Positions 27,758 through 40,854 of a stretch of DNA of 64,000 nucleotides are shown here, one piece after another (position 1 is the stretch's first letter; every line of letters starts with the position of its first letter). Origin of the DNA: Octopus sinensis (taxonomy: Eukaryota); the NCBI RefSeq assembly GCF_006345805.1, contig NC_043022.1, positions 15,190,001 through 15,254,000 on the forward strand. The letters run 5' to 3'. The notes under the pieces are model-generated. The model had not been told where the DNA came from and ran no database searches. It saw only the letters and a program-made list of their open reading frames with translations. Made by a program: the position numbers and the translations under genes.

Positions 27758-28230
27758 TATTATATATATATATATACACACATATATATATATATATATA
27801 CACATATATATATATATATACACACATATATATATATACACACACAAATATATATTAAAGGTGTGAAATTGTAATGATCTTTTGGATGTTGACTGATGGG
27901 GAATTAGCCATGAATTTTCTGTTTGTTATGTTTTGGAAAATTTTCCGTTTATCGTGTTTTTGTTAAATTTTTGAAATACATATATATATATATTTATATA
28001 TATATATTATTTGTGGGTTATTAAGGCTACAAATGGTTTCATGTAAAGAGGAATCTCTTATCAATTTTCAAGCCTGCTACATGTGAACGTTGGTACTTGT
28101 CTCCAAGATGCAAACGTATTAAGAACATTTATCCACCTACGCAGTATTGATCTCTCATTCTCACTGTTCAATATTAGCATATTATTATTATATCTATAGG
28201 TTTTAGCCAAAACAATGATAGTGTAATGTC

Positions 28231-28264
<34 letters not shown>

Positions 28265-31200
28265 AATACATACATAGGAACATACTGAATGAAAGAAAGA
28301 GAATAACTGAAAATGAATAAAAACAAAAAAACAAAAAATACACTAAATTACATTAAAGTAAAGTTTTGATCAAGTTTGTTATATGCGTTGGTCATAGATG
28401 GAAGGGCAGGGCATGATCTGAGGCGCTGCAAGTTACGCTTCTCTGGTTCCATCCAAAGAATTCTTTTCATCTTGTTCTTTATAAAAATAATTTTTCTTAC
28501 ACACACACACAGATCAATATGCAACACAGACAGCATACACACACTAACACAACCACACACACACACACACACACACTGTGCACAACAATCATACTGAATG
28601 AGAGTCCAAGCAGTCACTAGCTCTGCTAGAAACAGCAGCTGAATATCACTCCGATTACTCTGTCAAATGTAATGTTTGCTTATTCACTTCGTTCTGTATA
28701 TTTTTAGAATGACATTGTAGGGTAAGTATGAGAGGTTGGATCTGGTCAGTATTAACATAAAACTGGTAGAATATTTGGCCCGGATGGGGCTGGATATGAC
28801 CAGGTTAACTGCTGAAAGGTTAAACCAGGAATGACACATCATTGGACAAAGTAATGACAGGTATAGAAAACGATGGAATTGTCATAGTTGGAATGTCTTA
28901 ATTAGGGCTGATCTAGAACTAAACAACACCACCACCACCAACCACTAGCTGACAGTTCCTCATAATTAAGGGCCTGTGATGAGTGAAAAAAGAGTTGAGG
29001 GTGGGGGGATCTCAAGTATAAGAAAAGAAGGCATTTTATATCTTAGAGACAATTCATAACCTCTCCATGGCTATTTTAAAATGGAGACCACATGTTTCAT
29101 GTCGTTAAGACTGGATTGGATTGGATTACCCATGTTCAGTCCACTGCAGAACGGAGGCCTCAAAGTGTTCTCTCCACCAACCACAGTCTGATGTGATGGC
29201 CATGGATCTGAGTTTGAGATTCTACTGGTTTGATGAGCCAACTCTGCCCCTGGTTCTACATGGTTTAGCAGAAGGGTGCAGACCTTTTTTTTTTTCTTTT
29301 ATACTCATACCCAGGAATAGTTAAAATGATTATATCAACCCCAGTACTCAACTGGTACTTATCGACCCTGGAAGAATGAAAGGCAAAGCTGACCTCAATG
29401 GAATTTGAACCCAGAACATATGGATGCACAAAATACTGCTAAGCATTGCATCCAGCATACAAATGGTTCCGCCAGTTCAGTGCCTTAAGATTAAGTTGGA
29501 TAATATTGCAACCAGATTGAAATCGAAACAGCTGTGAGCAAAACACCAATTGAAAGGCAAATACCAACGCAAAACGCCATGCTTAATGCTTTGAAAATGA
29601 AGGTTGTCTGAGAGAGCTGGACCCAAAAGTTCACTTTCCAGAAATTTCTTTGGCTGTCTCTATATACCTTTGAAGCCACAAAGAGATTGAAGAATTCAAC
29701 AATAACAACACATCTCAGAGGAACTGAGCAAGAACTAAATAAGCAACTCATTCCAATGTCCCCAGCAGACAAAATGCATGAAAAGGTAGGTTAAAAAGGG
29801 GTTAGAAAAAAAGGGTTAAAACAACAACAAAAAAAACAGCTGATAAAGTAGCTGTGTGGATATGACACTTCAAACTGAAACAATTCAAACAAATATCAAT
29901 ATTTGCTCACCTAGCAAACCCACATACAGTAAACTCAAACATGATCCAGCTATGAAGAAACACTTTAATTGCAACACATGCAATGCACACATATTTCCAG
30001 AAGATTCCAATTCATGTTAAAAACCAATGTCACGATTCCTTTCTTTAACACACGAGAAGTGAAACAAGTTTGAGTCGTGCTGAAGACTGTTCTTTGTGAT
30101 TCTTGGACAAAATGGTTTATTCTGAGTGCCACAGTTCATCCAAGTTGAGGCAGAAACAGGTGCCAGGTCCTTCAAGGAAAATGTTACCGTCAACGTAAGG
30201 GGGATTTAGTTACCCTTAATTTCCCTCATCACCATTTAATGTCCATTTCCCATACTGGCATCAGGTGAATGGTTTGATGGAATCTGGCAGGCCGGGGAAC
30301 TGCACCAGACTCCATTTGTCTGTTTTGGCATGGTGTCTACAGCTGGATGCCCTCCCTAACATCTACACTACTTGAAAAAAAGGGAACATGTATTCCTACA
30401 TGTTTCCAGGAGACATGTAGTTAACTCCCAATATGGCAGATTTAACCATGTGGTACAATATTCTAAAGTACCAATTCCAGGGATTTTTTTGAAGACATTT
30501 ACTTAACTCTCAAACTCCTAAAGGGGAAAAATTCAACTAGGGGATATAATGTTTTAAAACAGGGGACAAGCACCACTTCCATGGGCCTCTTGAAGATTTA
30601 CAACATGTAGATTTAATGAGTTGGGAGAGTATTTGCTTGTCATTCATTTTATTTAATGTTAGGGAAAATTGAATCACAGAGTGATATGACCAGCCCTTGT
30701 AGCTTCCAAAAGAGGTTTGAAAATTAGGGCAAAGCCATTTTGCAATATATTTGCATACATCTAACTCTGTTGAAAATTTTCGAAGTCAAAAACCCAATTC
30801 CATAATGATTTTATTACAGAACAAAAGTGAATGATAAAGGAAGGTACTAGAGATTTCCCCTTCACTTTAGACTTCCTCACCTATCTACAGAATGAATGTA
30901 AACAATGTTAGTATGATTGTTGCGATGTTGCAGGTCAAAAACCCAGTCCTCTAATGAACATAAGAAAAATGAATGTAAACAAGGTTAGTCCAATTCTTGT
31001 TATATCCTGGGTTTTAGGACTGACTGACTGATACAGATCTACACAGCACTGGATTGTACAGATGTTTAATAGCTCAACAACCTTTTCTGCTATGGAGGAA
31101 AATACAATATGCTTTGGCAAAGAATTCTTTGGCTTTCCTCATCCTAAACAACCAATTTGAAAACAACTTCACTTTTTTTTTTTTAAAGCACCCAAAAATC

Positions 31201-31447
31201 ACAGAGTCATACAAATTGAGCAAACACACACACACACAGTTGCAGAAGTGATTAATGAGTTAGCAATTAGTGAAATGCATTCCGAAAACAACAAAATCGC
31301 TAAATTAGCAATCAAATAATTGATCTTTGATGGATTCTCAGCTCAAGAGCAGATATAACAATAAAAAAACAAAAAACAGAAAACAATCCAAACCAATCAA
31401 TCAACGAAGATCAAGCAACAAACACACAAATTAACTGATTCACTCAC

Positions 31448-31523
31448 ATTTCACACTTTTTCCTCTCATTAAACTTCGGTCCTTAATAACGTAACTTTGC
31501 TGCGGAGTCCGGTAACGCCACAT
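31448..31523 (-). CDS. Candidate alternative ATG-bearing exon inside the giant aPKC intron (MWRYRTPQQSYVIKDRSLMRGKSVK + 1 nt)
   Basis: CCAACATGT start context, 25 open codons, canonical donor AAAT|gtgagt; phase 1, matching the 13863 acceptor. No transcript evidence. Confidence 0.5.
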
Positions 31524-32986
31524 GTTGGGCTCAATCAATTCTTCAAGGAAAAGCACCGAATGTTTTTCGTTTTGTTCCAGAAACAAAGGAGGGGGGGTCC
31601 AAGAGGGTTTTAGGAATAGTTGGTTTGTTTTGAGGGGAAGAAAAGAGATTAAAAACGTTTCATTTATTTAGGATTTGTTTTTTGTTTGTTTTTTTTTTTT
31701 CTAATCTTTCAAATAAAATTCTGAACAGACAAAAATAAAACAGTGAAACAAAAGAAATAACAACAACAATAATAATAATAATATAATAATAATAATAACA
31801 ACAACAACAACACAGGAACGCAATAAAAATCAAATTGAAATTTGAAAAGGAAATATGATAATTCTGTTTTCTGAGAGAATTATTTCTAACTATTTTATTT
31901 CTATTCTATTTAACAGTAATATGTAACAAATAAATGCAAGCATATGTATGTATATATTTATTGTATGCATGTATGTGTGTGTGTGTATTGTATGCATGTA
32001 CATATGAACGTGTGTATCTGTGTACCAATAGAGCATATCAGAAAGATAGAGTCCGCTAGCAGACAATACAAGGGAGGTAATCATTTCTTGGTAATATTTG
32101 GTGGGATCAGAAATTCAAAGTTGAAATTAACCCTTTAACTACAAAATTAAATTTCATGGTTATTCCAATAGTGATGTTTACCGTTTAGCATTTAAATAAG
32201 CCAAATATCCTACTTGCTTTATGTCCAAACAGGCCAGATCTGGCCTCTTACACTTATGCTACAATGCCATTCTAAAAATAATTACATCATTGAAATCTTG
32301 CGGCAACAAGATAACCCAAGAGTGAATAAATTAAGCATTCCACGTGACAAACATAATCTGAAAGCCAAAGGGTTACACAACAATTAGATCTGACTTTTCC
32401 CATCTTAATAATTACTTCAAACTACTGCATGTATTTAAAAAATCTAATTAAAACCATAATTTGAAACCTTCATTTAAAAATGGCCTCTACTAATTACAAT
32501 TAACACCTCAGGAAAATTTCCAATAATGGTAATGCATTGCCTGGCAGCATTCTCTAAGAGCTTTGATTCCAGCCGCAAGTCTTGGGGAAATGTTGTATGT
32601 GAAAGCAAGGATGGTAACGGACAAATTATATCTCAAAAACTATTGGGTGTTGGGCCGTTTAGGAGAATTCTATAGAATGGTAATGCCATTGAAAGGAATG
32701 GTATTACTGGGAACTGCAGTAATACTAGTTTTGATAATAAATGTATAAGGATTTCTTGAAGTAAATTCTAAAGGGCCTTCGCTTCTTCAGAATTTGGAGG
32801 AATTTTTTTTTTAAGTGGGGGGGGATGCAACAAGAATAGCTGAAGGAAAAAATAGTAAATAAAACTGGATATTGTATAAAAATGCGAGAATTATTTAGCT
32901 GGCTGAAATGTGTGTGTATATGATATATATATTATATTAAAATATATATATTACATATTACAATATACATACATATACACACACAC

Positions 32987-33020
<34 letters not shown>

Positions 33021-33297
33021 CATGTCCCTCTATGTATCATACTTTATACATAGTGTCGGTAGATAGGCCAGTTGTTATGAATGTGGTGTCAAAATTATTG
33101 TCTCCATCTGATATCTATGCTTTTAACATGGCAAATCCCTGAGAGATGTTATCATAAGACAAATACCACAATAACTGGTCTATTGGCACTGTGTGAATAC
33201 TTTAGATATGATACATAGAAGACTATTTTAATTTAAATATCAATTCCTCACACCAGATATATATATGTGTGTGTATATGTATATATATATATATATA

Positions 33298-33549
33298 TTG
33301 GGTTGGTGCATAATTACTGTGGCTTTTTTTCAACAAATTTTATTCAACAAAAACAATAACAACATGTAGCAAAAACATCTTTAATTGATTATTCCGAAGC
33401 ATATTCACCATCTACCTCAAATATTGTTTCCCATTTGACTGGCAGATGATCAGACCGTCATTTAAAGATGCTTTTGTTAAATATTGTTATTGTTTTTGCT
33501 GAATAAAATTTGTCGAAAATAAAGCCACAATAATTATGCATGAACCCAA
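33298..33549. mobile_element. Mariner-type MITE
   Basis: TA|TTGGGTTGGTGCATAATTA ... taattatgcatgaacccaa|TA. Confidence 0.7.
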
Positions 33550-34365
33550 TATATATATATATATACACACACACATATATATAATATAATATGTATGTAT
33601 TGTAATTTCAAAAAGCGCAACAAATATTATAACTGAAAACATAATATGCAAGAGAGCAAAATTTAAATTTGAAAACTCAGAAATAGAAATATCGAAGAAT
33701 TATAATTAATCAAATGAAAGATAAATTGGAAAGAAGTGGTGGCAGGGTAAAATACAATTTTAAAACAATCAAAATATTTAGTTTTTAAGAAAAAATATAA
33801 AATATATATATTAGATTTGATCTCACAAAGATAGAAAGAATAAAAAATATATTTAAAAAAAAATTAAGATTGGGGGCAGAAGGTGTGTGAGGGGATGGAA
33901 TAAATCATTAGTAATTAAGAAAAGAAAGCATAATGAAGTAAGGTGAAGTGGTGTGATTGGTGGTGGGTGAGTGATTTGAAAGTATCAAAGCTTATTTTGA
34001 CCATCATCATCATCAGCAACAGCAGTAGTAGTAGTAGCAATAGTCAAGTTTAAAACATGCAGTTTTGATGAAAAAAACGTGTGAGGTGCACCAAATAAGG
34101 ATCAGGCAAAAATTAATGTTAGCATACATTGCGTTTTAGTGCTCATGTGAGTGTATATATATATATATATAAATTAGAGAAAAACCACTATAAATTGAAT
34201 TTTTCCCTGTAAGTTTGGAGCTATACTCCCTAATATTATTTTATATATATATATATATAGACCGGAGTAAACACATAAATGTGAAACAAGGCGGAAAAAA
34301 GAGTACTCAAATACCAGTGGTAGAGTAATATGCTTTATTTAAAGTAGCAGAAAATTCAACAAAAC

Positions 34366-34403
34366 CTGTTACTCTGAGTTTCACGTTGCCGTTCGTCAGA
34401 CAG
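34366..34403 (-). ncRNA. Minimal type I hammerhead ribozyme motif
   Basis: CUGU-CUGACGA-ACG-GCAA-CGU-GAAAC-UCAGA-GUA/ACAG: GNRA-capped stem II and near-palindromic stem III (ACUC-A-GAGU). Confidence 0.75.
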
Positions 34404-34419
34404 TTTTTGCTAGCAAAAA

Positions 34420-34456
34420 CTGTCTGACGACGGCAACGTGAAACTCAGAGTAACAG
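34420..34456 (+). ncRNA. Minimal hammerhead motif with a 1-nt deletion (inverted partner of 34366-34403)
   Basis: CUGU-CUGACGA-CG-GCAA-CGU-GAAAC-UCAGA-GUA/ACAG; lacks one A at the core/stem II junction. Confidence 0.55.
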
Positions 34457-34541
34457 GTTTTGTTGAATTTTCTGCTGCTTTAAATAAAGTATATATATAT
34501 ATATATATATATATAATGTTGTATTTGCATGTGTGTATATA

Positions 34542-35457
34542 CGAGGTGGTATCAAAAAGTTCCCAGACTAGTTCTGTAGCATGCCAACAGATGGCAGCAC
34601 ATGGTTGCGTGCACAGTGAGAGCTAGCAGTGACCCTTGTGAGACAGTGTGCTGAGTGACATTGCTGTGTTTACTTCACAAGTTGTGAAATTTGTGCTTTT
34701 GTGATCATGTGCGTATGCTGTAGTCTGTGATTTTTGGCATGGACAGGAACAAGGAGCCATTGAGGAATTTTGAGTTAAACTTTGGAAGTCTGCTGCTACA
34801 GAGACATCGAACATGCTTCAGCAAAGCTCACGGTGATGAGGCAATGCACAGTGCACAAGGTTTTGAGTGGCATGGGTGCTTCAAAAGTGGAAGAACGTCC
34901 CTGAAAGATGATGAGCAATGTCTATGACCTGCCACAAGCATCACTCCCAGAAATGTGGTGCATTGAGAATTCGGACCCCTCCTCCCCAGGGACAGACCAT
35001 CAATCGAGAGTGCAACTGCGACATTTTGAAGCATTTGAAGGACATCCGGAGAAAGCGACGGAATCTGTGCAGTGCAAATAATTGGATTCTTCACAACGAC
35101 AAGGTACTTTGTTAGCGAGCTCTCCCCACCTGTGAGTTTCTTGCCCAAAAGCAACAAGGCATCATATTTCCACACCCGACCCCTATTCACCAGATTTAGC
35201 ACATGCGGACTTCTGTCTCTTCCCCAAAATGGAAATGCAGCTTAAGGGTCACCATTGTCAAAGCTCCAGAGGGAATTGCTGAAGGTTGCAATTATGGAAA
35301 ACGATTTCCATGCCAGATCCTAAAAGTGGCAGGCATGCTTGGATTGGTGTATTGCCATGAAAGGTGACTATTTCGGAGGAGATGAGGTTAAAATTTAGGT
35401 AAATAAGTTATTTTTTATTAAACATAACTAGTCCTGAAACTTTTTGATACCATCTCA
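34542..35457 (+). mobile_element. Degenerate mariner-type DNA transposon
   Basis: Imperfect TIRs (CGAGGTGGTATCAAAAAGT / actttttgataccatctc) after TA; broken transposase-like frames; PYSPDLAP-like sequence near 35175-35215. Confidence 0.75.
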
Positions 35458-35900
35458 GCATGTGTGTGTGTGTGTGTGTGTGTGCATACATTTGTGTTAG
35501 TATATATGTGTGTGTTTGTGTAGGTATATATGTGTGTGTGTGTGTGTATGAAATGTTATGTATATGTGTGTATATGTTCATAGGTGTGTCTGTGTGTGTA
35601 TTGTGTATACATGTATGTGTATATATGTTATGCATATGTGTATATGTCCGTAGGTATGTATTGTGTATACATGTATGTGTGTGTATATGATGTGTTATGT
35701 ATATGTGTATATGTTTGTAGGTGTGTGTGTGTACATATGTCATTGTCTGTTGTTATTCAAATTTTTTTTTTCCAATTTTTGTAAAAAAATTTTAAACTGT
35801 TAGAAAAAACAATGTTGCTGCATAAAAATGAAAGCAAGTGTACAACAGACCCGTGAGTGAATATATTTTTATAAAACAAAATAATTAAAATAATAATAAT

Positions 35901-35931
<31 letters not shown>

Positions 35932-36881
35932 ATAATTAAATGTATTACAAGCTAAAGTTTTTCATTTTAGATATTTTTCATTTTTTTTTTTAAATAATTT
36001 TTGTTACATTATCAGTGAAATAAAATCACCTGTGAGTAGATCAAGGATTACAATATGAAATATTTTAGCATTTACGAATCTTCATCGCTTTATGTCCATT
36101 TTTTACCCAACCTTGCAAAATAAAAATCTGACAACCATCATTTTAAGTCTCATCATCATCATCGTCATCGTCGTTTAACGTCCGTTTTCCGTGCTAGCAC
36201 GGGTTGGACGGTTCGACCGGGGTCTGGGAAGCCAGGGGCTGCTCCAGGCTCCAGTCTGATCTGGCAGAGTTTCAACGGCTGGATGCCCTTCCTAACGCCA
36301 ACCACTCCGCGAGTGTAGTGGGTGCTTTTTATGTGCCACCTGCACAGGTGCCAGGGGGGGGGGGCCGGCATTGGCCACAATTGGTTGGAGCTTTTAACAT
36401 GCCAGCGGCACGGAAGCCAGACAGGGCGGTGCTGGCAACGTTCGGATGGTGCTTTTTATGTGCCACCGGCACAGAAGCTAGTCAGGGCGGCGCTGGCATC
36501 GGCCACGTTCGGATGATGCTTTTTATGTACCACTGGCACAGAAGCCAGTCGAGTCAGTGCTATATTTAATGGTTGGATTTATGGTTCTTGCACTGGAATG
36601 GAAATGGTTTATTCCAAGCAAACATGTCCAGATCAACTTGGCAATCAAGTCGAGATTATTACAGGTGAATTTAGAGAAAAAAAAATTAAATGTAAAAGGA
36701 AAAAGGTGCAAGCATGGCTGTGTGGTTAGGGAATTCGCTTCCTGATCACGTGGTTCTGGGTTCAGTCCCACAGCGTGGTGGCTTAGCTGAGTGTCTTCTA
36801 CTAAAGCCCTGGGCTGACCAAAGCCTTGCGGGTGGATTTGGGAGAAAGAAACTGACCAGTGACCATCTAAGCAATATTTGG

Positions 36882-36970
36882 ATCTACCTGTCATACTTGT
36901 CGGACACCCTGGATGCGAATTCTGTGATTGAATTCACATCCAGGGTGTCCGACAAGTATGACAGGTAGAT
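36882..36970. repeat. Near-perfect 89-nt hairpin
   Basis: 34-bp perfect stem, one mismatch, 6-bp stem, 7-nt loop. Confidence 0.9.
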
Positions 36971-38875
36971 TATTTGATGGAGTTGACCAAGTTCTCATTT
37001 ATCACTGAATGCTTTCAACATATCTACCAGGGTTCGTTAATCCCCTTTACCACTTGTTGCTGTGTGTGTGTGTGTGTGTGTGTGCATATGTGTGTGTGTG
37101 TGTGCATGCGTGATTGTAACTCTCCACCACTTGACCACTGGTGTTGGTTTGTCTACATCCTCGTAACTTAGCAGTTCAACAAAAGAACAAAAAAGAATCA
37201 ATACCAGGCTTTAAAAAAAAAAGAAAATTTGTTCAACTGAAAACCCTCGAAGGTTGTACTCCAGCATGGCCATATTCCAATGACTGAATGAGTTGAAGGT
37301 AAATGAGAAAGATTTTCATGTTTATTCACAGCTTGATTTAAGAATTTTTCTCTCAGGTTGCAGTCATCTTATTCTGCCAAATATATTTGTTCTCATTGCT
37401 TTTAATTAATCTTGCATTATCTCATAGATTTGAGATTTTGATGATGCAATTGTTTATATTTAGAACGACATTGTAGGTTAGGTGTGAGAGGCCGAATCTG
37501 GCTGGTCTGAGCATAAAACAGGGACCCTGGATATGACTGGGTTAAACACGTGTTTCTGACATAACCATGAAGCTTAAAATTTCCAAGGCAGAGACATTAG
37601 AACTTCTGATATCCATGTCTTTCCTACATGGCATTAGCAAGATTGAGTGATGTGACATGTTGTCAAATGGCAAAATAAACCAAAGTTGAAACCCTAATCC
37701 TTATTAAGCATCTTAACCCTTTAGCATTGAGATTATTCAGTCAAATGTAAAGCTTTTTTTTTTTTTTTTTTTATTTATTTAGTTTCAGCTCACAAGCTGC
37801 GACCATGCTGGGGCACCGCCATTTGGTGTTGCTACATGATTTTACTTCACAAATGCATTTTAGCAATTGTCATTTGGTGCATGAGAGAGTTCGATTTATT
37901 CATATTGTTTTGAATTAATCCTGCTTTATCCTTGTAGCTTTGAGATTTCGATGTTGTGACAGTTTATCTTTTAGAATGACATTGCAGAGAAGGTATGGGG
38001 GCTGGATATGGCTGGTGTAAACACATAACATAAAAATATTTGGGCCCGATACAACCAGTAAAAGAACTAATAGGTTAAAGTGATAAAAGAAACTAATAAA
38101 CGTTTGTATGAACAAAAGATGCTGTAGTGCGTATTGTTATCTTGTGAGCCATAAATAAAGACACCTCACTTATCAAACCATTATTCGATTCCTATTAAAT
38201 TTGATAACCTCTCATAAATTTTCATCAATATTTATTGAGGCCTGGGAAACCATTCTGGTTAAAAGCTGTCTTCAGTTTTACGACCTTGGGGGGAGACATT
38301 TTCACCAATTTCCAATTTACTGAAATTCGCAATATCGTGGTTGTAGTTTTATAAAATGGCACCCTTTGTGTGTGTGGCATATTTGGAAGCAGATAATGAA
38401 TGCCTGAAGAACTCCATCAATAATCACAGCAATACGACCTCTTGCATCCATTAATTTTACCTCTGTTTATCTCATACATAATTCTACGATAACCAACAGA
38501 TAGGAAATAAATTAGAATTTTTCTGGAAAAAAAAAACAATTTGGAAGAAACCAAAGTCTGTTTCTTAAACCCTTTTATTACCATATTTCTGTTGAAATCT
38601 TCTGCCTTTGTTTGAAGTCTTTCAAAAATTTGCATTACTTTTTTTTTTTCTTTTATTAAACAAATGTGAGTGAATAATGTCGTGTAACAATATAATTCTT
38701 CATTCCTTATCTGATTACTGTTGTTCGCTGTGATTAATGTATCCAACTTATCGTTTAAGAATTATAGTTTGTACCTGTTACTTGATCTAACACACCTGGA
38801 TTACTTTTTAATGATTAATTTATTCGTCAGGTTCATTGCGTGGAGCGTGTGTATGTACATATGTATATGTGTGTG

Positions 38876-38924
<49 letters not shown>

Positions 38925-38931
38925 TATATAT

Positions 38932-39001
<70 letters not shown>

Positions 39002-40400
39002 GAGGGATAGAAAGCAAGAGAAATCTTGTTTATTCGTTTTCTGTCCATTTTCCCTCGTTAGAAAATGATTACTTTTCAAGAGTGTTTTACAGCTGGATGC
39101 TCTTCCTGCCACTAACCTTTGTTTTACAAGTAAGGAATCCCTTATTTCCCCCCATCACTGAAGGCACCAACTAAGCAGATAATTTACTGATGAGAGAACT
39201 AATAGCAGCAGCAACACACCTTGCAGGTCACATAATTTGCAGGTCAGGTAATTTATGGATGAGAGCAGAAGCAACACACCTTGCAGGTCACACCTTCCAC
39301 GGAGCACAAACGTACATTAGAAGTTTATTTTAGTTTTTTTTTTCTACCAAATCTAGTTACAAGGCTTTGGTTGGTTTTAGGTTACAGTAGAAAACATACC
39401 TGCCCAAGGTGTCACACCTTGGACAGGTGTGTTTTAAGGCAGAGATATTAAAGGTATCACACAGTGGGACAGACCCCAAAATTACTTGGTTGGGAAGTTA
39501 ATTTCTTAAACACACAGCCATATATGTGTGTGTGTGCGCGTGTATGTGTGTATGTGTGTGCCTAGATAAACTATTCCATTCGGAGATGATAAAAACAAAA
39601 AAAAAAAGACAATAGTTTTAAAAACTACAACCAACCAAAACCAAAGCATAACGCCATTTACTGAGGACTTTCAACCAGGCTGACACTATTTTGCAAAGAA
39701 AGAATAATGGTCTGAAGACGAAGTTCCATCTACGGGAAAAGATCTGAGAGATTATGGAAAAAAACTAGTTTCCAAAACTGCAAATGTTCCAAACAAGGGC
39801 AAAGGTTAATCCTATGGAGAAACTAATAACGATCTGAGTTTATCTTAATTTCTTGTACATTTGCTCCTCCGTATATCATGGCAAGGGATTCTACTAAATA
39901 CAGCATTGAAAACAGACTGGATTAAGATAATCCATGTGCAGCTCTAAACTTAATACAGTAGCAGTTGTACATCTATTTACTACACACACACATACATATA
40001 GGCCTGACGAAGCCTTCCAGCTTCCCAGATCCCCAGTCGAACCGTCCAACCCATGCTAGCATGGAAAGCGGACGCTAAATGATGATGATGATGATGATAT
40101 ATATATATATATCATCATCATCATCATCATCGTTTAACGTCCGCTTTCCATGCTAGCATGGGTTGGACGGTTCAACTGGGGTATTGGAAGCCCGAAGGTT
40201 GCACCAGGTCAGTCAGATCTGGCAGTGTTTCTACAGCTGGATGCCCTTCCTAACGCCAACCACTCCGTGATGGTAATGGGTGCTTTTTATGTGCCACCGA
40301 CACAGATGTCAGACGAGGCTGGCGAACGGCCACGCTCGGATGGTGTTTTTTTTTTTATGTGCCACGGACACAGGTGCCAGACGATATATATATATATATG

Positions 40401-40666
40401 TATATTAGAAGAAATGAGGTACTCAGAAATTCGGATGGTTTTATATTTATTTGTATATGACATGTTTTTATACATCATATAACTTATATCGTATATTAGA
40501 GCTTTCATCCATTCTGGTGGATTTTTCAAATTCGAATTTGAAAAATCCACCAGAATGGACGAAAGCTCTAATATACGATATAAGTTATATGATGTTTAAA
40601 AACATGTCATATACAAATAAATATAAAACCATCCGAATTTCTGAGTACCTCATTTCTTCTAATATA
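40401..40666. repeat. Spacerless 266-bp palindrome
   Basis: Centre caaattcgaatttg; arms differ at only a few positions. Confidence 0.9.
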
Positions 40667-40697
40667 AAATACCTGTACATCATCTCCAAACCTTCTA

Positions 40698-40758
<61 letters not shown>

Positions 40759-40806
40759 GTATAACCTCAGTTTAGGAACACCTCTGATCACAAATAAATC
40801 ATGCTT

Positions 40807-40854
<48 letters not shown>

